DNA of 64,000 nucleotides from Candidatus Woesearchaeota archaeon (GTDB taxonomy: Archaea > Nanobdellota > Nanobdellia > Woesearchaeales > GW2011-AR9), in contig CAMAVK010000001.1 of the NCBI GenBank assembly GCA_945861715.1, positions 458,908 through 522,907 of the forward strand, in the 5' to 3' direction. Shown one piece after another: positions 19,001 to 26,969 of the stretch (positions are counted from its first letter, which is position 1; each line of letters starts with the position of its first letter). A model generated the notes under the pieces. That model was given only the letters and a program-made list of their open reading frames with translations. It ran no database searches and had not been told where the DNA came from. The position numbers and the translations under genes are program-made.

Positions 19001-21080
19001 TCTGATGCAAATATTTTCCAATGATTCAAGTAACAACATCAATGCAACAGAACAAGTATTGTTCTATGTGAACGAGACGGACGGTCCTCCAAATGTAACT
19101 CTAGTTGCAGTAAACGTATCAAGCGTTAATCAAACGCAGCATGTCAGAATCAATGCAACTGTCATGGATGCAATAAGTGTAGATACCGTTAAAACGCAAA
19201 TATACTTCCCTAATGGCTCAATCCAAAATTTCACGATGAGTAATGTGAGCTCCTACTATAACACCACCTATATCACAATTCTCACATCAAACATTGGAAA
19301 TCATACCGCGCAAATTATTGCAAACGATACCAATGGAAATAGAAATACCACTCAAAACGTCACCTTTTGGGTATACGACATCACACCACCCAATGTCACA
19401 GCTTTAATCCCGACAAATCAATCCACTGTATTCACCGGAACCAGCATTCAAATCGCAGCGAATGTAACAGACAACACTGCTCTCTCAACAGTATACGCAA
19501 ATATCACCTATCCAAATAGTTCAATCACCTCATTGCCCTTATCGTTAGCAACAGGTGCCAAATACAACTCTACTCTCACCTTGGGTTCATACAATGGAAC
19601 CTACACACTCCTTATCTTTTCCAATGATAGCAGCAATAATATCAACGCCACCGAACAAACACAGTTCTTTGTAAACACCTCAGATAATGCGCCAGTTGTA
19701 ACCTTGCTAAACCCTGCAGACAGCTATACGAATACTACTTCTACCTATCTTGAGATGAACTTTTCATGTTCTGCAACCGATGATTACGCCCTACGCAATA
19801 TCTCATTATACCTAAGCAATCCATCAAACACCAATTTTAGTCAGAATCAAAGTACTCTTCTTAATGGTACAACTAACTCTACTTCATGGCTACTTAATCT
19901 TACCCAAGGCTCCTTCACCTGGAACTGTCAAGCAATTGACAACAGTACTCAACTCGATTGGGCATCAAACCGCAGTATAACCCTATCTGCCCCTTCTTCC
20001 TCAAGCAGCAGTTCAAGCTCCTCCGGTGGTGGTGGTGGAAGTAGTTCAAGTACATCGAGTAGTAGTGGCGGGCCTATACCACAAAAAAGAGTAGATGTAA
20101 ATGCAACCCCGACATGTCTATGGAATGAAAGCATCATCGCAGGAAATTGCATGTACAATGAAAGTAATGTATTGCTAAATGCTTCACCTACTGAGATCCC
20201 AATAAACTCAAACCAAGGAATATTCAATTTAGTGGGAAGAGCATTTGATATAAACATCCATGCCTTTGGTCTAGACCTTAGTCTACTTTACATTGCCTTG
20301 ATGGTATTCCTCTTGGGCTTATTAGTGCTTTTACTGACCAGACGAAAACGACCATACCTTATTATTCAAGCACCAACCATGGCCGCCCCCGGTGACACCT
20401 TTGATGTAAACGTCAAACTAGGTAATGATTATCGGCCAGTTGTATTAAGAATTTGGAGTATTTTCGTTCCTGAGGGAGAAGTTGGTCTGCTAAACATCAA
20501 AAATATTATCGGCAAAGGCCCAACCTATCGTCTCGAAGTAGACCGATCAGAAATAAGGCGTGGCACCATTCCTGTGGCTATACCAGCACAGTTTATGCCG
20601 GGGAAATATCGAATCATCACGTGTGTGCGGTGGGAATACAAGAAGACAAATGAGCCAAAATCCCTTGTAGAAAAAGGAACAACCCAAGAAAAAATAAAAA
20701 TAACTGCTCATCAAAATAAAATAACGGTTACCCAAACTAAGTTACCTATCCCACCTGCGCTTCTAGTATTAGTGGGTAAACGAAGTCGGCTTCCAGAAAA
20801 TATCGCAATCAACTTACAAACCATGCGTGAAAAGCTCGCGCCAACTGCAAACATTGTTGAACTCGCAAGAACTCGTGAAGAAATTGTACTACGTATGCAC
20901 CAAGCAGAGAAAATGCATAACTTGCGTCTCAAAAAGTTAGAAATCGAAGAGGATATGCGACACACCGAAGAAGAAGGAGTACTACAGCTTCAGTTAACGA
21001 GACTAAATAGTACATTAACTAAGAATGCGGCACCCGTGCAACGCTCAACACAAACACCCACAAAAAGGGACAGAAAGTAA
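16077..21080 (+). CDS. Giant (1667 aa) heavily sequon-decorated surface protein: signal peptide, conserved N-terminal module, about 12 beta-sandwich repeats, poly-Ser/Gly stalk, single TM, ~260-aa cytoplasmic tail with a coiled coil
   Basis: Signal peptide LRLSLFIIILLLTSATVLA. N-terminal module homologous to the 13622 protein (ANPCYTNPAVLSGVDGSWSTNLANL...CSGFWATGDAIW...SGTGLQYL). N-x-S/T sequons occur every ~5-10 residues. Stalk SSSSSSSSSGGGGGSSSSTSSSSGG. TM LLYIALMVFLLGLLVLLLTRRKRP. The cytoplasmic tail ends in a K/E/R-rich coiled coil. Confidence 0.7.
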   Translation: MSQSTKSTKTVLRLSLFIIILLLTSATVLAATKPIAGYIFKTDGTTVAPNASVRVYVNQASVSAANPCYTNPAVLSGVDGSWSTNLANLKRADNGNDCSGFWATGDAIWANAIGQNVTPEHGNLSTANTTIASGTGLQYLSNVSLPAGPDRIAPVIRLIAPPNATNNTNGSILFQYNVTDDSLISNCSVLFNGTINTTNTSITRNITMNFSLTNIADGHYNWSVGCYDNVTNYNTSIETWFLNVSKVGHYNLSLVTPTSNTSVEQNQFFTFTMQVKCYDGSCGDTNASLDPIILGEDQTIVSQNKFHSQGFFEKIWSYFAEFFSGNLITGQVTGALVPMVPTTPFYTNMSNPMNLSNVSCLANMAQNSACNVTWYVNASGPVGTVAEFWAFTNSTIYTALNNETPHLFISIVESIPPAIINYTPRGETFNVTQLIEISLNTTDPQNISFVKANITYPNATVDLINLTRVGTTDKYNSSYTIPPRTGFYLIKFWVNDTGNNINGTTQTNFTGQDIVPPNVTTLLPAISTSYNTSQIIQISLNATDVTNISTTFATITSPNSTKTNVTLSRQGTTYKYNGTYTVPPRIGTFNITFFANDSKNNINNSEVSNFTVLDGEYPRLATIVEAPTDPATYVYNQTYFFNITITDNIGINNVIMQFNNTNYTAEIKNQSTIFQFNISDLAAATYNYVWYANDTSGYINSTSSTYTISKASSTVNLTLYGNDSNTNISVNTPVNLSGVRIAGDGQIELLQNGSVLSLGNTSTSSNQTYTTLTSYNISIRHNSTQNFTASQEDHVLAIKDYISPNVTLVTVNASSVNQTQHVRINATIIDNLQIDSIKTQIWFPNGSVQNFTMNNISSSFNTTYITILTSNIGNHTAQILANDTSGNRNTTQNVSFWVYDITPPAVTLLIPANQTTLGNGTTIQLSSTTTDNIAISSTYANITYPNNSIQSIPLTLTTASKYNSSLLLGQQTGIYLMQIFSNDSSNNINATEQVLFYVNETDGPPNVTLVAVNVSSVNQTQHVRINATVMDAISVDTVKTQIYFPNGSIQNFTMSNVSSYYNTTYITILTSNIGNHTAQIIANDTNGNRNTTQNVTFWVYDITPPNVTALIPTNQSTVFTGTSIQIAANVTDNTALSTVYANITYPNSSITSLPLSLATGAKYNSTLTLGSYNGTYTLLIFSNDSSNNINATEQTQFFVNTSDNAPVVTLLNPADSYTNTTSTYLEMNFSCSATDDYALRNISLYLSNPSNTNFSQNQSTLLNGTTNSTSWLLNLTQGSFTWNCQAIDNSTQLDWASNRSITLSAPSSSSSSSSSSGGGGGSSSSTSSSSGGPIPQKRVDVNATPTCLWNESIIAGNCMYNESNVLLNASPTEIPINSNQGIFNLVGRAFDINIHAFGLDLSLLYIALMVFLLGLLVLLLTRRKRPYLIIQAPTMAAPGDTFDVNVKLGNDYRPVVLRIWSIFVPEGEVGLLNIKNIIGKGPTYRLEVDRSEIRRGTIPVAIPAQFMPGKYRIITCVRWEYKKTNEPKSLVEKGTTQEKIKITAHQNKITVTQTKLPIPPALLVLVGKRSRLPENIAINLQTMREKLAPTANIVELARTREEIVLRMHQAEKMHNLRLKKLEIEEDMRHTEEEGVLQLQLTRLNSTLTKNAAPVQRSTQTPTKRDRK
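18485..19690 (+). repeat. Near-identical 603-nt (201-aa) tandem duplication inside the giant surface-protein gene
   Basis: Unit 1 (NVTLVTVNASSVNQTQHVRINATIIDN...ITILTSNIGNHTAQILANDTSGNRNTTQNVSFWVYDITPP...FSNDSSNNINATEQ) is repeated immediately as unit 2 (NVTLVAVNVSSVNQTQHVRINATVMDA...ITILTSNIGNHTAQIIANDTNGNRNTTQNVTFWVYDITPP...FSNDSSNNINATEQ). Nucleotide strings such as caagcgt(c/t)aatcaaacgca(a/g)catgtcagaat(a/c)aa(c/t)gcaac recur at 18519 and 19122. Confidence 0.85.
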
Positions 21081-21291
21081 AAAAATGATCAGTACCAAAA
21101 AAAATAAAAAGGTGAAACAAATGAATTATATCAAAACAAAAATACGCACATCTCAACATTACAAAAATCCAGATGAAACTAAAGAAAAATCCCTGGGTAT
21201 AATATTATACAATCCAAAAGTAATAATCCCTGGAATACATTAGCATGGCAAAATCAACCAAGAAAAAATTTCAAACAAGACAGGTGCAAAC

Positions 21292-21564
21292 GTGTTAACC
21301 CTAATGTCCCTAAGTATTGGAATCAGTGGCAGCCTTGTAGCTGCTGCCTTATACCTTTTTGTATTTCATCATAGCGCTCACGTTCGTCGGATGGGTACTG
21401 TCACAGTTGAAATCGATGGCCTCTCAATTGAGTCAGAAACGCGTGTCCGTTGGATCCCATTTTTTCAACCCCAAACTTTTGAAGAACTAAGAGTACTTGA
21501 TGAAGAGAATTATTACATTTTAAGAGAAAAACATCCACTCCCAGAAATCGTAGACGAGTTGTAA
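21292..21564 (+). CDS. Small hypothetical protein with an N-terminal TM helix
   Basis: 90-aa ORF. LSIGISGSLVAAALYLFVF hydrophobic segment. GTG start. Confidence 0.25.
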   Translation: MLTLMSLSIGISGSLVAAALYLFVFHHSAHVRRMGTVTVEIDGLSIESETRVRWIPFFQPQTFEELRVLDEENYYILREKHPLPEIVDEL

Positions 21565-21644
21565 CCAGCACCCCGTGCTCAACTAAATTTGTGACTCCTT
21601 AAACGTGAGAAAAGACTTAAAAATAAACCCCTTTTAATCAGTAC

Positions 21645-22364
21645 ATGTCCAATACTAATCGACGAGAAATGCTACTATCCCTAACCTCAATTATTGTTAC
21701 ATCACTACTTGACCCTCTCCCTCAACAAGCTCAAGCAGAGACCCCGCGCGAGTTGAAAAGAAAAGAAGAAGAGCTAAGAACAATCTATCTTTTACAAAAC
21801 GCAAGAACCCAGTATCCTCTTCCCCAAGGCGTACACGTCATTGATTCAGTAAGTGGTGGCCGAGATTTTGGTGCAACCAGGTGGCGTCATGGGAAACGCG
21901 AAAGGCACAACGGTATTGATCTCTTTGTTCATCAGGGAACCGATGTCTACCCGATAATTCAGGGAAAAGTAAAATCAGTAACCAGGGAACGATACGCCGG
22001 CAAATTTGTTACTGTTGAATCTCTCTATCCTTTCAAATTCAAAAAAAGTTCTCCCATTGAAGATGCAATCATCTATACCGACTACATGCATTTACAAACC
22101 CAAACAGTTCGTCCTGGCCAGAGCGCACAATTCAACACTATTTTAGGAAAAGTAGGCAGGACAGGAGTACATGTATCTGGGCCACATCTCCATGTGCAGA
22201 TGTACACTAAACGAAACGGCGCAAAAATATTCATTGATCCACGAAAAGCGCTTTCGAGTGGTTCCTATTACAGTCTCATTGAATCCAGAGGAAAAGAAGA
22301 TGTATATCGCGAGGAATTTAATCGTATCAATTATCCTACGCAGTACGTCAGAACAACACTCTGA
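21645..22364 (+). CDS. Secreted M23 (LytM/lysostaphin-type) zinc metallopeptidase
   Basis: N-terminal signal/TM (LLSLTSIIVTSLLDPLPQQAQA). M23 HxxxD motif HNGIDLFV and HxH motif GPHLHVQMY, with the intervening glycine-rich core (ILGKVGRTGVHVSG). Confidence 0.7.
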   Translation: MSNTNRREMLLSLTSIIVTSLLDPLPQQAQAETPRELKRKEEELRTIYLLQNARTQYPLPQGVHVIDSVSGGRDFGATRWRHGKRERHNGIDLFVHQGTDVYPIIQGKVKSVTRERYAGKFVTVESLYPFKFKKSSPIEDAIIYTDYMHLQTQTVRPGQSAQFNTILGKVGRTGVHVSGPHLHVQMYTKRNGAKIFIDPRKALSSGSYYSLIESRGKEDVYREEFNRINYPTQYVRTTL

Positions 22365-22384
22365 ACTTCCATTTCCATTTTATA

Positions 22385-23335
22385 TTAATTGGGTCCTTTA
22401 TCAATAATATAAAATATCTCATTTTCAAACTCAAGTATTTCAAATGCCCATCCCAGGCGATGACATAACCATTCCATCCATCGTCGTTTCGGAGCAGTCA
22501 TGGGTTTACCTGACATGGTCTTTGTAGCAAAACTTGCAACGACAAATCGGCAAGGAATTCGTGATAGGAGCGTCTCCGAACGGGTGTGACCGGAATTTCG
22601 ATCAATCACATCCAATATTTTAAAACAAAATGCCACATCACCTTTCTCTATCTCACAACTTCGAATGTCACCCACTATTGCTAACCATTGTTGTACGGAG
22701 TTTTTTTTGCGTGAAGAAAAAAAATGATTCAAAACATCAATTTCTTTCGTATTAATATCATATCCTACATACTTTATGACTTTTAATGGTGCTACAGAAA
22801 CACTAATCGGATTAAGTCCACAAGCTAAATCTACAATTCTAACCCCTTGTTTGTACTCCTGTCCACGTAACCTTACAATGCTTGAAAAAATATCTGAATA
22901 TAATGTTGGATATATTGGCTTTCTCTCCTTTGTTGATTCATGCAGTCCCAAAAGTGTTTGTACATTTCTCACAGACGGATTCTTCAAATATGCGCTCAGA
23001 GCCTCATCAAGTTCGCTTGAGTCACGCGCTCGAAATAAACCATACGTACGACGCATTCTTTCTCGCGTGAGTTTTAAAAGCATCTTAAACTCTTTGGATT
23101 TAGTATGAATCAATGTATCTAACAAATTTGGGTCATCCTTTCCTTTAATCAGAGAAATATTTTTTACTTTATGTTTTAATATAGATGGATTTGAAATAAT
23201 GACTTTTTCAAGTTCACATAATATCACTGTAGGAGTAAGGGCCTTCAATTCTTTTTTCTTTTGAATTTCGCAAACAAGTATATCTTTCCAAGACGTTTGA
23301 CCCTGCGCCACATGTAATAACTTTGACATCCTCAA
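22385..23335 (-). CDS. FmrO-family (ArmA/RmtB-like) 16S rRNA (guanine1405-N7) methyltransferase homologue
   Basis: Blocks characteristic of the aminoglycoside-resistance methyltransferases: LLGLHESTKERKPIYPTLYSDIFS (compare ...HASTKER...LY.FIF), the SAM motif IVDLACGLNPISV (compare VLDIACGLNP), FCFKILDVIDRN, and FATKTMSGKPM near the C-terminus (compare FPT(R/K)SLGGR.KGM). Confidence 0.5.
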   Translation of the reverse strand: MRMSKLLHVAQGQTSWKDILVCEIQKKKELKALTPTVILCELEKVIISNPSILKHKVKNISLIKGKDDPNLLDTLIHTKSKEFKMLLKLTRERMRRTYGLFRARDSSELDEALSAYLKNPSVRNVQTLLGLHESTKERKPIYPTLYSDIFSSIVRLRGQEYKQGVRIVDLACGLNPISVSVAPLKVIKYVGYDINTKEIDVLNHFFSSRKKNSVQQWLAIVGDIRSCEIEKGDVAFCFKILDVIDRNSGHTRSETLLSRIPCRFVVASFATKTMSGKPMTAPKRRWMEWLCHRLGWAFEILEFENEIFYIIDKGPN

Positions 23336-23342
23336 ATAAGGG

Positions 23343-24095
23343 TTGAAGCGTATAAAAAGGTTTTTAAATTGCCCTCTCCCTATGCTTGATATGTCTCACT
23401 CATCATCTTCTCATTCTCCATCCTCTCCCACTCCATCCTCAAATCCAACTAACTGGAAATCAAAAGCGAAGCGAGCGTGGAAATTCTTTTGGCATGACGA
23501 TTCTCTTGCGAGCTGGCTTGCAAATATGGTTGTTGCTTTCTTGGTCATATATTTCATCGTCTATCCAGTTCTAGGATCCGCTCTAGGCACTAGTTTTCCT
23601 ATAGTGGCTGTATTGAGTGAAAGTATGCAACATAATATCCATGATGAAAATCTCTGCGGTCAAAGTATGGACAGAAGCACCTGGAAAGACTCTTTTGACA
23701 ACTATTGGGATCTCTGTGGGTATTGGTACGAACAACGAAATATTACAAAGGAACAATTCACTGATTTTCCTCTCAAAAATGGTTTTAACAAGGGAGATGT
23801 CATTATCCTCTACAAACCAAACAATATCCAAGTGGGTGATGTACTTATATTTCAGGGCAACCGTCCACAACCAATCATCCATCGAGTCGTAAAAGTATGG
23901 CAAGAGGATAGCAATACCTATTATCAGACAAAAGGTGATCACAATGGTGACAGTATCACGGGCGCACTTGGTGAATCAAAAATAAGCAAGGATCGCTTAC
24001 TGGGTAAAGGAGTAATACGACTCCCTTATCTGGGGTGGGTCAAAATTCTCTTTGTTGAGTTCATGTCTTTGTTTGGGATTCAAATCACCAGATAG
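23343..24095 (+). CDS. Signal peptidase I, archaeal/eukaryal Sec11 type
   Basis: N-terminal TM. Catalytic Ser box VLSESMQH. GDVIIL box. Conserved His (QPIIHRVVKV). GDHNGDS (GDN...D) box. Confidence 0.6.
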   Translation: MKRIKRFLNCPLPMLDMSHSSSSHSPSSPTPSSNPTNWKSKAKRAWKFFWHDDSLASWLANMVVAFLVIYFIVYPVLGSALGTSFPIVAVLSESMQHNIHDENLCGQSMDRSTWKDSFDNYWDLCGYWYEQRNITKEQFTDFPLKNGFNKGDVIILYKPNNIQVGDVLIFQGNRPQPIIHRVVKVWQEDSNTYYQTKGDHNGDSITGALGESKISKDRLLGKGVIRLPYLGWVKILFVEFMSLFGIQITR

Positions 24096-24264
24096 CATTA
24101 ATCAACGTTCTTTCATAATTTCTTTGATTCTTTCATAAAATATGACCCAGTGATAAAAAATGTATACCATGTGCCACTAGACATGATTTAATATTAAGAA
24201 GTATATACTATTCGAAAAATATACAGAGCAAACCCATAAATAAATTCACTTCTACTCTTTATCC

Positions 24265-25458
24265 ATGTCAAAAAATCTGAACTATTATGTTTCTCGTGGT
24301 GCAGGAGTTTTAACCTACCTCATTTCATTTAATTATTCTCCACTGAGTGTCTCACCCCATTCACCCCATCTCTCAACGAATTCCAGTTTTTTATCGCAAT
24401 CAAATGCCGAATCTGTTAGTCCATTAGAAGACCGAATATATGCACCAAATCCTGAATTTCGAAATTCAAGCTCGCAAGCAAATCAGAAAATATCAAAACA
24501 ATCTATTAGTAATGCACAAACCACAGCGCAAACAACAAACTTAGTAAGATGCTTAGAGGGAAAAACCAAAGCAGTAATTGGTCAGTATGATGGCCAAACT
24601 TTATTACTTTTCCCAGACGGTGCCCCGATTCCGGATTCCTTTTCAAGACTGTATCAGTTTAGCCTTCTTTCAGGTAATTCAAGTTATTTTATACTAGATG
24701 AGGTTGAGTCAGGAATAGTAATTTTTCCTGGAACTTCTGCTAGTTTTACTCCAGATGAATTTACTCCCCTTCCTGTTCGTGCACTTGCTAATATATTCAA
24801 GTCCATTGTTAATAGTCCTTATATTGATAATGAAGAAGAATCTCACTGGCGTACGTCATGGTCAGAATGTTTTAATTATGCAACCACCGCTCAAGAAGCA
24901 GCCAAACCACTCACCTGGATTATGACCACCCCAGAAAAACAAACTGAACCGCAAATAGACTACATCCCAATACAAGCTTTACCACCTTTGCCAAAACCAC
25001 AATACCATACATCACCCTCACACTATAAACAAGGAACGCTCACCATAAATCCTAGCGTAAATATTTACGGTAAAAAGAAACCCAAAGGAAATGATCCAAA
25101 AGACTATGCAAAATTAAATCCCTCACCCACTCAAAGAATAATTCTTCCTACCATAACACTTGAAGCACAAATTGATCCTGAACTCGCCATCTGTGCCGCA
25201 ACACCCGAAGAACAAGATAATGTTATCGAATTTCTCACCACCACCACAAATTATTTTTCACCCAACCCCTACGAAGCAGTACAAGAAATAGATGGTATTA
25301 AAGAATCTTGCCATGACATATTACATGACTACCATCTTGCTCCTAGCGACCACCATACTCTTTCCGCAACACTTGCTCTCACCACACCACCAAAATCAGA
25401 CAATTATCTAACCATTAACCGCGCAGAGTTTATAATGTCACTCGATAATGACAATTAA
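24265..25458 (+). CDS. Hypothetical Pro/Ser/Thr-rich protein (397 aa)
   Basis: Long ORF. No assignable motif. Confidence 0.3.
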   Translation: MSKNLNYYVSRGAGVLTYLISFNYSPLSVSPHSPHLSTNSSFLSQSNAESVSPLEDRIYAPNPEFRNSSSQANQKISKQSISNAQTTAQTTNLVRCLEGKTKAVIGQYDGQTLLLFPDGAPIPDSFSRLYQFSLLSGNSSYFILDEVESGIVIFPGTSASFTPDEFTPLPVRALANIFKSIVNSPYIDNEEESHWRTSWSECFNYATTAQEAAKPLTWIMTTPEKQTEPQIDYIPIQALPPLPKPQYHTSPSHYKQGTLTINPSVNIYGKKKPKGNDPKDYAKLNPSPTQRIILPTITLEAQIDPELAICAATPEEQDNVIEFLTTTTNYFSPNPYEAVQEIDGIKESCHDILHDYHLAPSDHHTLSATLALTTPPKSDNYLTINRAEFIMSLDNDN

Positions 25459-25494
25459 CGCAACCTTTTTAAATAACCATCACTTTGAACTATT

Positions 25495-25860
25495 ATGTCT
25501 AGAAAAAAACAGGAAATGCCCTATTTAATCGCCCAGCGGATTACAAGTACCTACCATTGTGTTCCTCAAGATCGCACGAGCCAAGAGACCCTCATACGTA
25601 TAAGATATACCAAACTCCGAGGCACTCCTTTAGATCAATGCTCCCAAGGTCAAATACATGCCGTAGCAGAAAAAATGTTTCATGAATCGTATTTGCGTGT
25701 AAACGGCGTAAGTTACCGTGAAGCATTCGAAGTCCCCCAATGTAGAAACGATTATCACACACGACTCTATGATATGTTTAATATCCCTGCAGAACAAAGA
25801 AATTCCTCTGTATCCGGTTATATTCATCCAGGCGAGTTAGAAAAAAGGCTTTTAGATTAA
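25495..25860 (+). CDS. Hypothetical protein (121 aa)
   Basis: ORF with ATG start. No assignable motif. Confidence 0.25.
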   Translation: MSRKKQEMPYLIAQRITSTYHCVPQDRTSQETLIRIRYTKLRGTPLDQCSQGQIHAVAEKMFHESYLRVNGVSYREAFEVPQCRNDYHTRLYDMFNIPAEQRNSSVSGYIHPGELEKRLLD

Positions 25861-25960
25861 TTCCTTAGCCACAGATTTTCCTTATTATCTGCTCTCAATC
25901 TCTTTATCTACCTCTAATTTAAACTTAAACATAAGTATGAAGAGAAGTAAGAAAAATGAG

Positions 25961-26072
25961 CGGGCCCTGAGGGATTTGAACCCCCGACCTCGTGGTACCT
26001 ATCAATTACTCATTCCTTTCGGATTAGCAATGTTAAGAGCCACGCGCTCTAGCCAGCCTGAGCTAAGAGCCC
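25961..26072 (-). tRNA. tRNA-Lys (anticodon CUU) with a ~37-nt canonical-position intron (after nt 37). CCA is not encoded.
   Basis: Minus-strand read GGGCTCT-TA-GCTC-AGGCTGGCTA-GAGC-G-CGTGG-CTCTTA[intron ACATTGC...GATAGGT]A-CCACG-AGGTC-GGGGG-TTCAAAT-CCCTC-AGGGCCC-G. All four stems pair, U33 and A37 are present, and the T-loop is TTCAAAT. Exons are at about 26034-26072 and 25961-25996. Confidence 0.85.
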
Positions 26073-26169
26073 GTTATTGAGGAAAAAACCGTATCTATAT
26101 TATAAATCTTATCACTTGGGAACATACCAACCACGTTGCTTAACCAACCACAGCTTTTTCAAATCAAAT

Positions 26170-26345
26170 AAGCAGGAATCCCCTGGATTCATCCGGGGGA
26201 GGAATGCGAGTTCCACATTGGGATTCCGCTATATTTGATTTTAGAAAATCCGTATTAGAAAAAGGGCGAAAATCCCCTCCCTTGGGGCGGGGGTATTTTC
26301 CGTAGGAAAGCTCGGAACGGCAGTGACGCTGGCCCCTTTTCAGGA
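26170..26345. ncRNA. GC-rich structured RNA candidate. Identity and strand unassigned; SRP RNA, a reduced RNase P RNA or an H/ACA-like sRNA are possible.
   Basis: An island of ~55-60% GC in a ~35% GC genome, directly beside a tRNA. An 8-bp helix GGAATCCC/GGGATTCC (26176/26220) encloses a GGAA-tgcgag-TTCC hairpin. A C-rich/G-rich hairpin CCCCTCCC-tt-GGGGCGGGG follows. Then comes GGAAAGCTCGGAACGGCAGTGACGCTGGCCCC. Confidence 0.35.
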
Positions 26346-26407
26346 TTTTCTTTAAATTTAAACCCTAATACCAAAATAATTTTAAACCCATTAGAACTTT
26401 AATCATC

Positions 26408-26965
26408 ATGACCCAAAAACAATACATCACAGCAAACGACTTTCTTCTCGATTCCTATAGACTCGCAAAACAAATTTTAGACTCAAATTTCAAGCCAAAC
26501 TTCTTAGTTGGGTTCTGGCGTGGTGGAACGCCAGTAGGTATAGCTGTACAAGAATACTTACTAACCAAAGGGGTTCCAACCGATCACATCGCCTTAAGAA
26601 CAAAGGCCTATGAAGCAATCGGCAAGATGCAGATTGAAATAAACGTTGATGGTCTCGATTATTTAATTAAACATGCAAACCAAAATGATTCGATCCTCCT
26701 AGTTGACGACGTCTTTGATACCGGTCTCTCTATGCAAGCGGTAATTGAAAAATATCAACAAGAAGCTCGAAAAAACACAGCACATGACATACGAATTGCA
26801 ACCGTCTATTTCAAACCAGAAAATAACAAAACCAAAAGACAACCCGATTTCTTCATCCACCAAACCAGAGAATGGCTCGTTTTCCCACATGAACTAAAAG
26901 ACCTAACTCCTGAAGAAATAAAAGCAGGCAAAGGTCAAGAAATATACGATTTATTGTATAAATAG
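26408..26965 (+). CDS. Type I phosphoribosyltransferase (purine/hypoxanthine-guanine PRTase family)
   Basis: PRPP-binding motif SILLVDDVFDTGLSM. Size (~185 aa) fits archaeal purine PRTases. Confidence 0.6.
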   Translation: MTQKQYITANDFLLDSYRLAKQILDSNFKPNFLVGFWRGGTPVGIAVQEYLLTKGVPTDHIALRTKAYEAIGKMQIEINVDGLDYLIKHANQNDSILLVDDVFDTGLSMQAVIEKYQQEARKNTAHDIRIATVYFKPENNKTKRQPDFFIHQTREWLVFPHELKDLTPEEIKAGKGQEIYDLLYK

Positions 26966-26969
26966 GAAG

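Noticed and set aside
4922-20257. Many 60-100-aa track ORFs lying antisense or out of frame inside large genes (e.g. 4922..5113, 5741..5962, 7016..7243, 8843..9046, 16280..16591, 19949..20257, 20547..20965).
   Set aside because: They are fully contained within long genes that have clear domain architecture. They are typical spurious ORFs.
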